From positions 1-64,000 of the IMG/VR virus record IMGVR_UViG_3300047564_001181: DNA of 64,000 nt, one strand, 5' to 3'. Of the stretch, positions 38,386-48,178 are shown piece after piece; positions within the stretch are counted from its first letter, which is position 1, and each line of letters starts with the position of its first letter. Position numbers and translations under genes: made by a program. This DNA is from a virus. Below the pieces are notes generated by a model, which worked only from the letters and a program-made list of their open reading frames with translations, was not told the DNA's origin and ran no database searches.

Positions 38386-40314
38386 CTAAGCACTAATATC
38401 ACCGACTAGAATCCATTCATCAGTTGCAGCATCTACAATCTTGATTAATGTAGCCATAGAATATCTTGCACGAAGATTTTGACCTGGTGTTGCATTAACT
38501 ATAGCAGTTCCGTCAGCAATATTTAAGGCACCTGTTCCCCCACGAACAAAGCTGATTTGAGAGCCAACAGGGATTGTTGTATCGTTGTTAATTGTAACAG
38601 TACATGTACCTGTATTATTTGCATAAATTGTTTTACCAAGATGAGTAGTATCACTAATTGTAAGGGTTGTCGTTCCAGAAGCAATTGTGGCTGTGTCTAA
38701 ATTTAATGCAGTAAGTGCGACTGTTCCGCTTGCATCTGGTAGTGTAATAGTTCTATCTGCTGTTGGATTCACTACTGTTAAAGTAGTTTCATTTGCATCG
38801 TCAGATGAGCCTTCAAATACTAAAACATCGGATGTTCCTAAAGTTAGATTTCCATTAAGTTGAATACTATGATTAAATGTTGTAGTACCTGTACCAGCAC
38901 CAATTGAAATTGCAGTAGCAGTACCACCAATGTTTAGGGTAGTAACACCAGTATTTAGTAGGTTAAATGTCGATGAAGCAGAGCCAACACTGCTGCCATT
39001 AATATTAAAATCTCCGCTGGTATTTAGTGTAGCAGCAGTTATTGAAATTGTTCCACCGCCAACTGAGCCAGTTCCACCAGAAGCAAGAATTCTAGAGTCA
39101 TAATCTACTGCAGTTGCTCCAGAGTGGAAGTCTAAAAATGGAGTTGAAGATGTACCATCTGTTCTTCCAATTTCAATGCTATTGTTGTGAGCACTATCAA
39201 TTGTAATCTTAGTAGAAAATGTTGGGTTTGTTGCAAAGACAAGAGAGCCTGTTCCAGTTTCATCGGAAACTACTCCTGCTAGTTGTGAGGATGTGGTAGA
39301 TGCAAATTGTGCAAGGGTTCCAGATGTTACTGCAAGACCAGCTTCAGATGCGGTTTGATTTTTCCAAAGCCCAGAAGCATCGTCCCAAGCAAGAACTTCA
39401 TTATCGGCAATGTCATCATCTGCCTCAATTTGAACTCCATGAAGTTCATTTAGTTCATATCCATTTTGAACACTAACAAAAATTTCACCAGCACTAATAC
39501 TTGCTTTAACTACATACCCAAGAAATACGGAGTGTGCTGGTTCTGCAGGAATAGTTGTTGTATAGCCACCAGCAGTAGATGATAACCATAATGCAGCACC
39601 TTCTGTAAGTCCGTCAGTATTTACTCCTCGTAATATACCAAATGTCGTAACAAAGCCTTCTGCTGTATCGGCAATTGTTTCCGCTGTTAATCCTAGTGTT
39701 TTAGAAGATGTTGCTTCTGTATCTGCGTCTGACAGTGCAATTGTTGGTCTTTGACCAGCAGCACCGTTAATATAAACAACGCTACCTTTAGGGATTGATG
39801 AACCAGTTGCATTTTTACATAGTGCTACCTGCTCTTGCCCAAGACCAAGCTCAACATTTGCATTTAAAATTACTTTTGGAAGACCATCCCCAGAATCCCA
39901 AAACATTGTTCCAGTTTCAGTACTAGAAGCCTCTGGTGTGGTATCAAAAGTGATATAGTCTGGGTAAACAATAGAATCTACTGATGTAAAGTTTCCAGTA
40001 GAGTTAATTGTAATTGAATCGGCTGCGGCATTTGTAGTTATAGAAACATTTGTGCCATTTACAAGTGTAAGTGTATCTGTAGATGAATCTGCTACAACAT
40101 TGTCTTGTCCAGATACTGAAATAGTGCTAAAAGAATCTGATGCTGAACCACCACTGCTAGTGGCATTTACCCAACTTGTTCCATTATATTGTAAAATTTG
40201 ATTTGTACTTGGAGATGTTATTACAACATCACTAAGGTCATCTATTGATGTTGTAGATGGTCCAAGAATAGACACCCAAGAAGAACCGTCCCAAATATAT
40301 GCTGGCTTAGCCAT
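38386..40314 (-). CDS. Tail-fibre-like structural protein
   Basis: Shares modules with 35591..36706 and 40501..41409. Confidence 0.7.
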   Translation of the reverse strand: MAKPAYIWDGSSWVSILGPSTTSIDDLSDVVITSPSTNQILQYNGTSWVNATSSGGSASDSFSTISVSGQDNVVADSSTDTLTLVNGTNVSITTNAAADSITINSTGNFTSVDSIVYPDYITFDTTPEASSTETGTMFWDSGDGLPKVILNANVELGLGQEQVALCKNATGSSIPKGSVVYINGAAGQRPTIALSDADTEATSSKTLGLTAETIADTAEGFVTTFGILRGVNTDGLTEGAALWLSSTAGGYTTTIPAEPAHSVFLGYVVKASISAGEIFVSVQNGYELNELHGVQIEADDDIADNEVLAWDDASGLWKNQTASEAGLAVTSGTLAQFASTTSSQLAGVVSDETGTGSLVFATNPTFSTKITIDSAHNNSIEIGRTDGTSSTPFLDFHSGATAVDYDSRILASGGTGSVGGGTISITAATLNTSGDFNINGSSVGSASSTFNLLNTGVTTLNIGGTATAISIGAGTGTTTFNHSIQLNGNLTLGTSDVLVFEGSSDDANETTLTVVNPTADRTITLPDASGTVALTALNLDTATIASGTTTLTISDTTHLGKTIYANNTGTCTVTINNDTTIPVGSQISFVRGGTGALNIADGTAIVNATPGQNLRARYSMATLIKIVDAATDEWILVGDISA

Positions 40315-40500
40315 TATTTCCTCCTATTCCTAATGCCTGTTTAATAGCATCCAATGTTTCTTGTGGAAGTTGTGACAATACATCAGCAATAGCCTGAACA
40401 TCTGAAACCTGTTCATCTTCAAATTCTATAATCTCTACGATATTATTATTTGGCTTAGATTCATCATACCCGCCAATTCCGTATGTAACTATTTGAGACA

Positions 40501-41409
40501 TTATTCCTTCCTTAACCAAACTGTAGGCGTGTTATAACTAGCACCGCTAACCGAAGCGGTAGCAAAAGCACCACTTACGCCGCTCTGAGTCCAACCAATA
40601 GCCTGACCACCACCACCAGTATTTGTACCGTGGGCAGTCTGATAATAAGCAGTGATTGAAGTTCTGTAGTTATTTGTTGTAGCGTTTGTCTGAGATACAA
40701 AAGCAAGCCAATAAATACCAGCACTTAAAGTTTGACTGATAGTTATTTCATAAGCAGTGTTAGATGCAGATGTAGCAACAGTTCCAGCATCTAAAACAAC
40801 AGTAGAAGGTTGCCCACCTGAGTCATCATAAATACCAAGTCTAACTACCCCACTACCAGAGAATGATGCACCAGTACGAGTAGCGATGCGGTCAAAAGTA
40901 GTTGTTTCCGCCACTATTAGAGGTAGGAAATAAACCAAGTTCAGTGTTGCTGCAACGCTAGAGTTACTTCCAGGAGCAGTGTAATAGTAAGTGCTGACCA
41001 TAGAAAGTGCAGGTGGGATACCATTAACTTCTGCTGTAGACCCATCTGAATCTATCCAAACATCTCCTGTTGATGGTGTAGATGGTTCTGTAGTTTGATA
41101 TGAAATCTTATTTGTACCAACACCAGCAACTAATCCTGCTTCTGATGCTGTTTGATTAATCCAAGTAGATGTTCCATTATCATATGCTAAAACTTCATTG
41201 TCTGTAGTAGATGTTATTGTTACATCTGTGAGTCCATCTAGGGTGCTAGAGCCACCACCAGAACCAATAGTTGTCCAAGCACCATTAGCATAAACTCTTA
41301 CAACATCATCAGTTGTGTTGTAATAAATATCACCCTCGTCAGCTGATGCTGGGTCAGATGATAAATTTAATAGATTAATTGGTACATTAAACTTACGATT
41401 ACTAGCCAT
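40501..41409 (-). CDS. Virion structural protein
   Basis: L.DV.IT...VLAYD...W.NQTASEAGL module. Confidence 0.65.
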   Translation of the reverse strand: MASNRKFNVPINLLNLSSDPASADEGDIYYNTTDDVVRVYANGAWTTIGSGGGSSTLDGLTDVTITSTTDNEVLAYDNGTSTWINQTASEAGLVAGVGTNKISYQTTEPSTPSTGDVWIDSDGSTAEVNGIPPALSMVSTYYYTAPGSNSSVAATLNLVYFLPLIVAETTTFDRIATRTGASFSGSGVVRLGIYDDSGGQPSTVVLDAGTVATSASNTAYEITISQTLSAGIYWLAFVSQTNATTNNYRTSITAYYQTAHGTNTGGGGQAIGWTQSGVSGAFATASVSGASYNTPTVWLRKE

Positions 41410-41481
41410 TAATCTTCACTCCAATGACATTGACATAGACATAATTTAAAAGAATATGTTGAGTTACATAGCTCGTGCATA

Positions 41482-41688
41482 TCACTCTGACAGCTTAGGC
41501 TTTCCTCTTTTTGGAATGATTTTTCCTTGCCAGAGTTTTGATGACTTGTCTGCTTCTGAGGCATAAAGTGCTTGCTGATGGTTGAGGGCAGAGCCACGAG
41601 TACTGTGACACCCAACCACTTCACCATTTTCTTTAACAACAGCATATCCTTTGCACCCACCATAGTTTCTTCTTATGTCCCAAGGCAT
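41482..41688 (-). CDS. Conserved small phage protein
   Basis: MPW...C.GYAVVK...GCH.T...A..AL motif; leaderless start. Confidence 0.6.
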   Translation of the reverse strand: MPWDIRRNYGGCKGYAVVKENGEVVGCHSTRGSALNHQQALYASEADKSSKLWQGKIIPKRGKPKLSE

Positions 41689-41700
41689 AATCTTATTTTA

Positions 41701-41985
41701 TCACAAGTCGAGGTCTTTTGCGAGAGCATATTTAGGCTTAGCACCTACGATTTGCTTCAAAACTTGACCATTTTCAACGACCATGATTACAGGGATTGAA
41801 GAAATACCAAATTCTGTGGCTAGGTCTTGTTGTTCATCCACATTAATCTTAATTAATTCTATATTTGATTCGTCTGCAAGCTCTTGTAGAACTGGACCTA
41901 CCATTTTGCATGGTCCACACCACTCAGCCCAGAAATCAACAATTGCTTTACCTTTAATTCCATCAAGGAATTCTTGCTTACTCAT
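41701..41985 (-). CDS. trxA: Thioredoxin
   Basis: VDFWAEWCGPCK and SIP. Confidence 0.95.
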   Translation of the reverse strand: MSKQEFLDGIKGKAIVDFWAEWCGPCKMVGPVLQELADESNIELIKINVDEQQDLATEFGISSIPVIMVVENGQVLKQIVGAKPKYALAKDLDL

Positions 41986-42003
41986 ACTTCCTCCAAGTTT
42001 AGT

Positions 42004-42148
42004 GAAAGGGTAGACTAGCAAAATATCCAACTGCACACAATAGCGTAACGGAATTCAGCCTTTTACGCTGTCGCTTATGTCCATAGACTCTAGCGAATGT
42101 CGGGATATCGGATTGTAACTACACCATCCTAAGATTGTCTACCCTTTC
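42004..42148 (-). ncRNA. Candidate multi-branched ncRNA
   Basis: Perfect 12-bp closing stem plus several internal stems; directly 3' of tRNA-Asn. Confidence 0.5.
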
Positions 42149-42149
42149 G

Positions 42150-42221
42150 CTGGAATGATAGGATTCGAACCTATAGCCCGCCGATTAACAGTCGGCTGCT
42201 CTGCCATTGAGCTACACTCCA
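42150..42221 (-). tRNA. tRNA-Asn(GUU)
   Basis: Cloverleaf; CCGA-CT-GTT-AA-TCGG; CCA not encoded. Confidence 0.9.
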
Positions 42222-42225
42222 AAAG

Positions 42226-42388
42226 TGGATAGGTGGATTGCTTTTTACCACCACGGATAAGCCAGCAATACATCTAAGTACCGCTTTCATCCGACCAGAC
42301 CTTTGTTCCGCTAAGAACAGAGACGCTAATCTCAGACCTGTGCTTTACTCTCCCCTTGCTGGCAAAGAGATTCGTTCAGCCATATCCC
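42226..42388 (-). ncRNA. Candidate structured ncRNA between tRNAs
   Basis: GGATA/TATCC ends, GCCAGCAA/TTGCTGGC long-range stem, GGTGG/CCACC hairpin; no ORF. Confidence 0.45.
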
Positions 42389-42413
42389 AAATTCTTCGTC
42401 AAGAATTTGTTTG

Positions 42414-42485
42414 AGCCTTCTATCCGATTTGAACGGATGACCCTCGCATTACAAGTGCGATGCTCTACCACTGAGCTAAGAAGGC
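42414..42485 (-). tRNA. tRNA-Thr(UGU)
   Basis: Cloverleaf; TCGCA-CT-TGT-AA-TGCGA. Confidence 0.9.
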
Positions 42486-42532
42486 GAACTCCATAAAGCA
42501 AATATACCCTATGGAGAACGATTTGTCAAGAG

Positions 42533-43327
42533 TTACTTGACTTTATTTGCAAGTTTTTTAAACTCTGCGAATGTCTTTGGACCAACTACAGCATCAGCAG
42601 TTCCAAACTTTGGATTTGCTTTTTGCCAAGCAACTACTGCTTTTCTAGTTACAGGACCATACTGACCATCTACTGCTTTACCAGTAAATCCAAGAGCCTT
42701 CTGAATAACCTTAATGTATTCTCCAACCTCGCCTGGCTGAATTGGGTCATTTGGATATGCTGCTGGGTCATGTGGCTTTTCAGCCTTTGGCTTAATTGCC
42801 TTTACTGGACCTGGGAACTTAGGACGACCAAAGCCAACAATGCTGACCTGAACGCCCTTCTTGTTCTTTTTGTATCCACGAATCTTCTTTAGAACCATAC
42901 CACCATTTCTTTGGTCTCCAGTAACACCAGCAGTGTTACCTTCAACAGTAGTTACGGTTCCATCGCCATTGTCTTTAATAACAATACCGACATGAGAAAT
43001 CCTCTCAACGCCATCTCCAGGAAAATTGAAATAAGCGACATCTCCTGGTTGTGGCTTTGCATCATCTGCATCAGACCATGCTTTTGCCTTTTCAAATGCT
43101 GCTGCACCGTTAGGAGTATAGATTGTTGCTTTATCTCCAGGAAGTTTAAATCCTGCCTGATTTGCACACCAAATTACGAATGAACCACACCATGCAACAA
43201 AGTTAGCACCAGTGAATGCACCGTATTTAGTTTGATTATCTTTTGGACCTTCAACAACGCCGACTTCTTTGAGAGCAACCTCAACAAATTTTTCGGCAGT
43301 GCCAAGTTCCGCTGGTTTCTTAGCCAT
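42533..43327 (-). CDS. Endolysin: CHAP/NlpC-P60-like peptidase plus peptidoglycan-binding domain
   Basis: WCGSFV, SHVGIV, VEGNT; C-terminal DGQYGP.T..AV..WQ...D.VVGPKT. Confidence 0.9.
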   Translation of the reverse strand: MAKKPAELGTAEKFVEVALKEVGVVEGPKDNQTKYGAFTGANFVAWCGSFVIWCANQAGFKLPGDKATIYTPNGAAAFEKAKAWSDADDAKPQPGDVAYFNFPGDGVERISHVGIVIKDNGDGTVTTVEGNTAGVTGDQRNGGMVLKKIRGYKKNKKGVQVSIVGFGRPKFPGPVKAIKPKAEKPHDPAAYPNDPIQPGEVGEYIKVIQKALGFTGKAVDGQYGPVTRKAVVAWQKANPKFGTADAVVGPKTFAEFKKLANKVK

Positions 43328-43372
43328 ATATTTTTTACCTCTTCTAATTAGATTTGATAGCTTGGCTATCAG

Positions 43373-43445
43373 CACCCTATACGAGATTCGAACTCGTGGT
43401 CTCTTCCGTGAGAGGGAAGCGTCCTTACCGCTAGACCAATAGGGC
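43373..43445 (-). tRNA. tRNA-Glu(CUC)
   Basis: Cloverleaf; CTTCC-CT-CTC-AC-GGAAG. Confidence 0.85.
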
Positions 43446-43469
43446 TTGGATATAGATTATATCATTTAG

Positions 43470-43727
43470 TGGAGCATATGGGAATTGAACCCATGTCCAA
43501 ATAGTTTCTGTCTAAACGGAATTACAGCAATTTGTTTTTATTACGGTTTGTTTTTTCTTTTTGTTTTGCAACTTTCTGTTCCCAAGGAGTTGCCCCTCGG
43601 CACTGCTATGCAGCTAGTGCGAGAGCGTTTTGTGTTACGCCGTTTATTATTTTGTGTCGTTTTAGAAGTCTACACAACTTCTGCTGCCGTGTTAGATTTC
43701 GGCTATCTGTCGAAACCTGTATGCCCC
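43470..43727 (-). ncRNA. ssrA: tmRNA
   Basis: GGGGCAT/ATGCTCC-A acceptor with G3.U70, TTCGAC, T-arm; tag frame (A)GVTQNALALAA*. Confidence 0.9.
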
Positions 43728-43728
43728 G

Positions 43729-43800
43729 CACCCCTGGCAGGATTCGAACCTGCGACCAATAGCTTAGAAGGCTACTGCTCTTCCACTGAGCTACAGAGGT
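43729..43800 (-). tRNA. tRNA-Arg(UCU)
   Basis: Cloverleaf; TAGC-CT-TCT-AA-GCTA. Confidence 0.9.
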
Positions 43801-43806
43801 ATTCTA

Positions 43807-44040
43807 TTAATTCGATGCTGGGGAAGGCTTTGAATTAATAAACTCTCTATCGTCAATGATTTCAAATGCATATTCACGAATCTTTGCTTCGTGTTTGCTA
43901 AAGTGATGACCACAAAAATATAGGTCTCCAGTAATTCCATTTACCCATACAAATGCTTCAGCACTGCATGAGTCGCATCTGTCAGATGTTTTGGTCTGTC
44001 TCTGCTTAACTTCTTCTGTTTCTACTATTTCTGTTGTCAT
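43807..44040 (-). CDS. Small Zn-binding actinobacterial-type protein
   Basis: DRCD.C...A...L.FCGHH...H. Confidence 0.65.
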   Translation of the reverse strand: MTTEIVETEEVKQRQTKTSDRCDSCSAEAFVWVNGITGDLYFCGHHFSKHEAKIREYAFEIIDDREFINSKPSPASN

Positions 44041-44080
44041 AGGATAATTATACCCTGTTTACCAGCATATTGTCAAGAGA

Positions 44081-44761
44081 TTAAAGAAATTTTTTAAGGT
44101 CAAATGGGGAATTGTCCCATTTCTTCATATTTTGAATTTGCTTCCATTTCTTAGTCGACCAAGAAAATCCTGCATCTCCACCCCATAAATCCCATGCAAC
44201 ACGACCAGGACTTGGGAAGCCATTTTCTCCAGAGTTAAATCCTTCTGCTTGTTTGTCAACTTCATGACGAGAAAAGAATGAATACATTCTTGCAACTGTT
44301 GAAGGTGAAAGATTTGTTCCATTTACAATTTGATTAGCACGAGCCAAACCAACTCTAGTTCCTCCACGCTTACCTTCAGACTTCCACTGCAAAGCTCTAC
44401 GGGCTGCAGATTTCATTCCATCTGTTGGTCTTAAATCAATGTCTGCTTTATAAACATTGTCAATCATGTCGTCATCCATATCATCTTCGTTATCCATAGA
44501 GTGACCTTCAAGTGTGTCTAGTCTTTCTGCATCATTATGCATCATACCAATGCTATATGGTGTTGGTAGCCACTGACCGTTTTCCTCTTCATAGATTCTT
44601 ACAGACATTGCTGGGTTATCTGGTGGCATAGACTCTAATGCGTACTGGTCTCCTGGAGTTCCAAGAGTTCCACCCTCAATCATAATATGCTCTACACGAC
44701 CATGAACAATACCAGCAGCAGTTCTGCCCATAACATAGTCGCCTTCTTTAATGTGTGCCAT
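44081..44761 (-). CDS. Conserved phage protein, often head-associated
   Basis: GGT.VG.ARA.Q...RMYSFFSRH...GRVAW.LWGGDAG. Confidence 0.65.
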   Translation of the reverse strand: MAHIKEGDYVMGRTAAGIVHGRVEHIMIEGGTLGTPGDQYALESMPPDNPAMSVRIYEEENGQWLPTPYSIGMMHNDAERLDTLEGHSMDNEDDMDDDMIDNVYKADIDLRPTDGMKSAARRALQWKSEGKRGGTRVGLARANQIVNGTNLSPSTVARMYSFFSRHEVDKQAEGFNSGENGFPSPGRVAWDLWGGDAGFSWSTKKWKQIQNMKKWDNSPFDLKKFL

Positions 44762-45137
44762 ATCCTAATTATATCCTTCTTTTGCCTGTAATTCATTGAA
44801 CACCTGAATAAACAGAATAAACTCATCTTCCTCAAGCTCTTTTTTGGCTAATTCATGGTTCATACTCTTTTCATTTAGGGCTATATTCCAGTCTCCATCT
44901 ACATTGACAGGGTTCATTTCAATAAATCCCTTGTTCCAAATAGTGAATAAAATATCGTTTGTGATAGACTCGTGAACCTCTATGAACTCTGGCATATCCA
45001 TAAGCTCCTGTGAAAACTTATACAAAGGCTCTCCGTCTTCTGATATCCCCACAATAGTCAAATATCCCTCTTCTAGCATTACCCTTAAAATTTCTGTAAT
45101 GTCTTCTGGGGTAATTTCTTCCTCATCCATACTTCTC

Positions 45138-46922
45138 CTAAATCATTCCAATATTAATTAAATAATCTTTCATGTTATCTGGCATAGTTCTTTTAGGTGC
45201 ATAAATAACATTATTTTCTTCTTGCTCTAACCTATCTTGTCTACCAAGAGAAGCGTAGGTATGAATTTCAATCTCTCTCAACCCCGTGTTCTTGGGAGTT
45301 CCAGAGATTGCATTATATATAGAACCACACACAGCATCTGAAAGGTCTTTAGAACCTTTGCGTGGATGGTCTACTTTATCTCTAAGTATACGCAATTGTA
45401 CCAATTCTTCTTTAAGTAAGTCAATAGAAGGACCGATAATTCTTTCTTCTGATACCAACATTTTCATATCTTCATAGTGCTTTTTAGCAACGGAAAGGGT
45501 CTCAGTATTGATTCCATATGCTCTAAGTTCATTCATAATATCAAATGAATTCCATCGGTCAAAGGTTACTTTCTTTAACTTGAATCCACGATTTCTTAGT
45601 TCAAGGACATAGTTTTTAACATCTGTAAAGTTAACTGCTTTATCTGCTGTTGGTGTCCACCATCTAACAGCATCAACTACAACAACTGGAACTACAATAT
45701 CTACATCGTTAATTGTATGTGTCTTTACCCATTTCTCAACATGTGCAAGAGATACCGCACAGTGGTCGTGTTTTTGTGCAAGGTCAACATGTACAAAATA
45801 AACCTTATCTTCATCTGGGGTAAACCATTCTGCAAACTGCCCTTTGTCATCTACCGCAAATTGATTTTGATTGAAGCAAATATCAATCTTTTCCCTTGAA
45901 GGGAAGAATGCATCTACTGCATCTGGTGGCATACAGGCAAAGCGAGATAAAGCGTCTGTAGGGTTTGTTAAAAACTGAATCTTAAAGTCTGTAATCTTAC
46001 GAGTAGGGTTAACCTCCCATGTAGGTCTACGCAAAGCAAATACTTTTGGAACCTTGTAAGAAGTAATGTGGTCTTCTTCCCAGTGGATACTAAACCTATT
46101 CATTTCATCAAAGACATCTCCGTCTTCATCTATTACAAACTCATGCTCTCTAACTACAACATCTTTATCTGCAACAACGGCATTGTATCTTTGCTGAATA
46201 TAGTCATTCTTATATCGGGGAAATGAAAGAAGAATTAGCTTACCAAAGTCTGGGAAACGAGAGTCTACAGATGCACGATACATATCATAGATTGCACCTG
46301 CTGTTTTAGCTTGGTCATGCCCTGATGTACTGTCAATGGCAAAGCCAGAAATCTCATCGAGAATTACGCAGATAACATTGTAACCTTCAAATGCTTCTCT
46401 TTCTGAGTGACCAGAATAGCAATTTACATACTTGTCAAACTCAATAACATTTTGTTTTGGATTGTATTTTCCAGCAAACCATGGACAGTTATCAATACGC
46501 TTTTTAAAGTTATCGAAGAATACCCGCTTTGCTTGGTCAGCGTTGATAGCGATGTTGATGATATCAATTGAGTCTCCTGGTGGCTTTCCAAAGTATTTTG
46601 CAGGGTCTTTTAGGCACAGTAATAAATACACAATATAAGCAACAGCAATTGTTGACATATAGTCCTTACCAGAACCCTTGCCTAATTGAAGAATTACCTC
46701 GTTCATCGTCTGTTTCCAGCGTTTTAATCCAGCTTCTTCTCCATAAAGATGGATTAATGTTTCTTTTTTATAAATCTGAGACATAGCACGAATAGCCGTA
46801 TATTGATGTTCTGATAGTGGTGGTAGTCCAAGGTATTCTTTACTGGTTACAAACTCTTCAATAGTTACTGGTCTCTCTTCAAAATCCTCGCCACCGAGCA
46901 TATCCAGAATGTCATCAAACAT
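45138..46922 (-). CDS. terL: Terminase large subunit
   Basis: Walker A GKGSGKD, Walker B VILDE, nuclease HVDLA...KDLSDA. Confidence 0.9.
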   Translation of the reverse strand: MFDDILDMLGGEDFEERPVTIEEFVTSKEYLGLPPLSEHQYTAIRAMSQIYKKETLIHLYGEEAGLKRWKQTMNEVILQLGKGSGKDYMSTIAVAYIVYLLLCLKDPAKYFGKPPGDSIDIINIAINADQAKRVFFDNFKKRIDNCPWFAGKYNPKQNVIEFDKYVNCYSGHSEREAFEGYNVICVILDEISGFAIDSTSGHDQAKTAGAIYDMYRASVDSRFPDFGKLILLSFPRYKNDYIQQRYNAVVADKDVVVREHEFVIDEDGDVFDEMNRFSIHWEEDHITSYKVPKVFALRRPTWEVNPTRKITDFKIQFLTNPTDALSRFACMPPDAVDAFFPSREKIDICFNQNQFAVDDKGQFAEWFTPDEDKVYFVHVDLAQKHDHCAVSLAHVEKWVKTHTINDVDIVVPVVVVDAVRWWTPTADKAVNFTDVKNYVLELRNRGFKLKKVTFDRWNSFDIMNELRAYGINTETLSVAKKHYEDMKMLVSEERIIGPSIDLLKEELVQLRILRDKVDHPRKGSKDLSDAVCGSIYNAISGTPKNTGLREIEIHTYASLGRQDRLEQEENNVIYAPKRTMPDNMKDYLINIGMI

Positions 46923-47437
46923 TAGAATGCCTCTGCTTTATCTGTCACTTCACTAAGTCTAGCCATAACCTTTGGCTTACAATGCTCACACTGAGATACA
47001 ACATCCCTAATAATTGACGCAAGAATCTGTTGCTTTTCTTCTGTAGCAATAATCTTTTCAGCCATCTCATTATTCTCAAGGACACCAGCCTTTTGAAGCA
47101 TATCAATTTGTTTTTGCTGAATATCTGCAACAAGTTTAACCGCAGCAGTTCTTTGTGCAAGATTAGATGTATTTGTTGCCTCTTCGATGATATCCCATGC
47201 CTCTTTAATTAGCATAGAATAGTGTTGGTCTGCTGCACCTAAAGCTTCTCGTGCTCGCATCTGAACTTGTCTGTCAGACTGAACGACTCCACGCCACTCA
47301 TTTAGATACTCAATCACATCTTTACGAGTAAAGCCTGTTATCTTTGCAATCTTTGTAGGGTCAGTATTGCCTTTTAAAAATTCATTTACGACAATATTAA
47401 TTCTTGCCCAGTGGTCTGCTAATTCTAAATCAGACAT
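46922..47437 (-). CDS. Probable terminase small subunit
   Basis: N-terminal HTH-like segment plus helical region, coupled to terL. Confidence 0.5.
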   Translation of the reverse strand: MSDLELADHWARINIVVNEFLKGNTDPTKIAKITGFTRKDVIEYLNEWRGVVQSDRQVQMRAREALGAADQHYSMLIKEAWDIIEEATNTSNLAQRTAAVKLVADIQQKQIDMLQKAGVLENNEMAEKIIATEEKQQILASIIRDVVSQCEHCKPKVMARLSEVTDKAEAF

Positions 47438-47707
47438 TCTTTTTCACATACTTTCTCTTTGGTTTTACAAGACACTTAAGTCTATCGATATAAAATGCCC
47501 GATATCCAGAGCGACTATAGCAATCAACCCACATAACATCTTTTTCTTTATGATGAACTACACGCTGGAAAATAAATTCCCCATGTTCACTTTTAATCTT
47601 AATCTTCATTCCTGGCTTAATTAAATCTTTTCCATGTTGATACTCATAAGATATTTCCCAGTTTGGATTAACATAAGGTTCTTTAGTGAACTTTTTCCTT
47701 CTAGACA

Positions 47708-47884
47708 TTATCCACCCGTACTATAAAATCCAGACCCCTTGAACTGAATTTGTGGAGCAGCAAAAGACCTGCTCATGGTATATCCACATTTTTCACAAAT
47801 GACAACATCGTCTCTTTCTTCTACAGTTCTCGATAAGTCTCTAGATAAATCACATTCTATACATGTATACTGGTAAGTAGGCAT
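47708..47884 (-). CDS. FmdB-family zinc-ribbon protein
   Basis: MPTYQYTC..C...C..CG..M.R...FKGSGFYST; leaderless. Confidence 0.8.
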   Translation of the reverse strand: MPTYQYTCIECDLSRDLSRTVEERDDVVICEKCGYTMSRSFAAPQIQFKGSGFYSTGG

Positions 47885-47896
47885 AAGATTATTATA

Positions 47897-48178
47897 TCAG
47901 TAGTTCCCTTCAAGACGCTTAATTTCGTCCTGAATGTAGAAGATAGCCTTTTTTAAGTCTTCAATATGTTTTTCTTCATTTTTTAGACCAGCTCTCCAAA
48001 GATATTTGATTGCATTTCCAATGTTGTAGTTTCGATGCCTCACAACTTGGATACATTCAATGCCACTTGGGTCACTTGTATAGTGCTGCGGATGGTTTAC
48101 CATGTCTGACACATACACTTCTGTGTATCTTTCTGGCTCAGCACCCTTCTGTGAATACCAATTTTTATATTCTTCCAT
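47897..48178 (-). CDS. DUF3310 family protein
   Basis: VNHP.HY...IECI...GNAIKYLWRAG.K...DLKKA. Confidence 0.85.
   Translation of the reverse strand: MEEYKNWYSQKGAEPERYTEVYVSDMVNHPQHYTSDPSGIECIQVVRHRNYNIGNAIKYLWRAGLKNEEKHIEDLKKAIFYIQDEIKRLEGNY

Noticed and set aside
43485-43838. Plus-strand ORFs over 43.5-43.8 kb
   Set aside because: They overlap tmRNA and tRNA-Arg on the opposite strand
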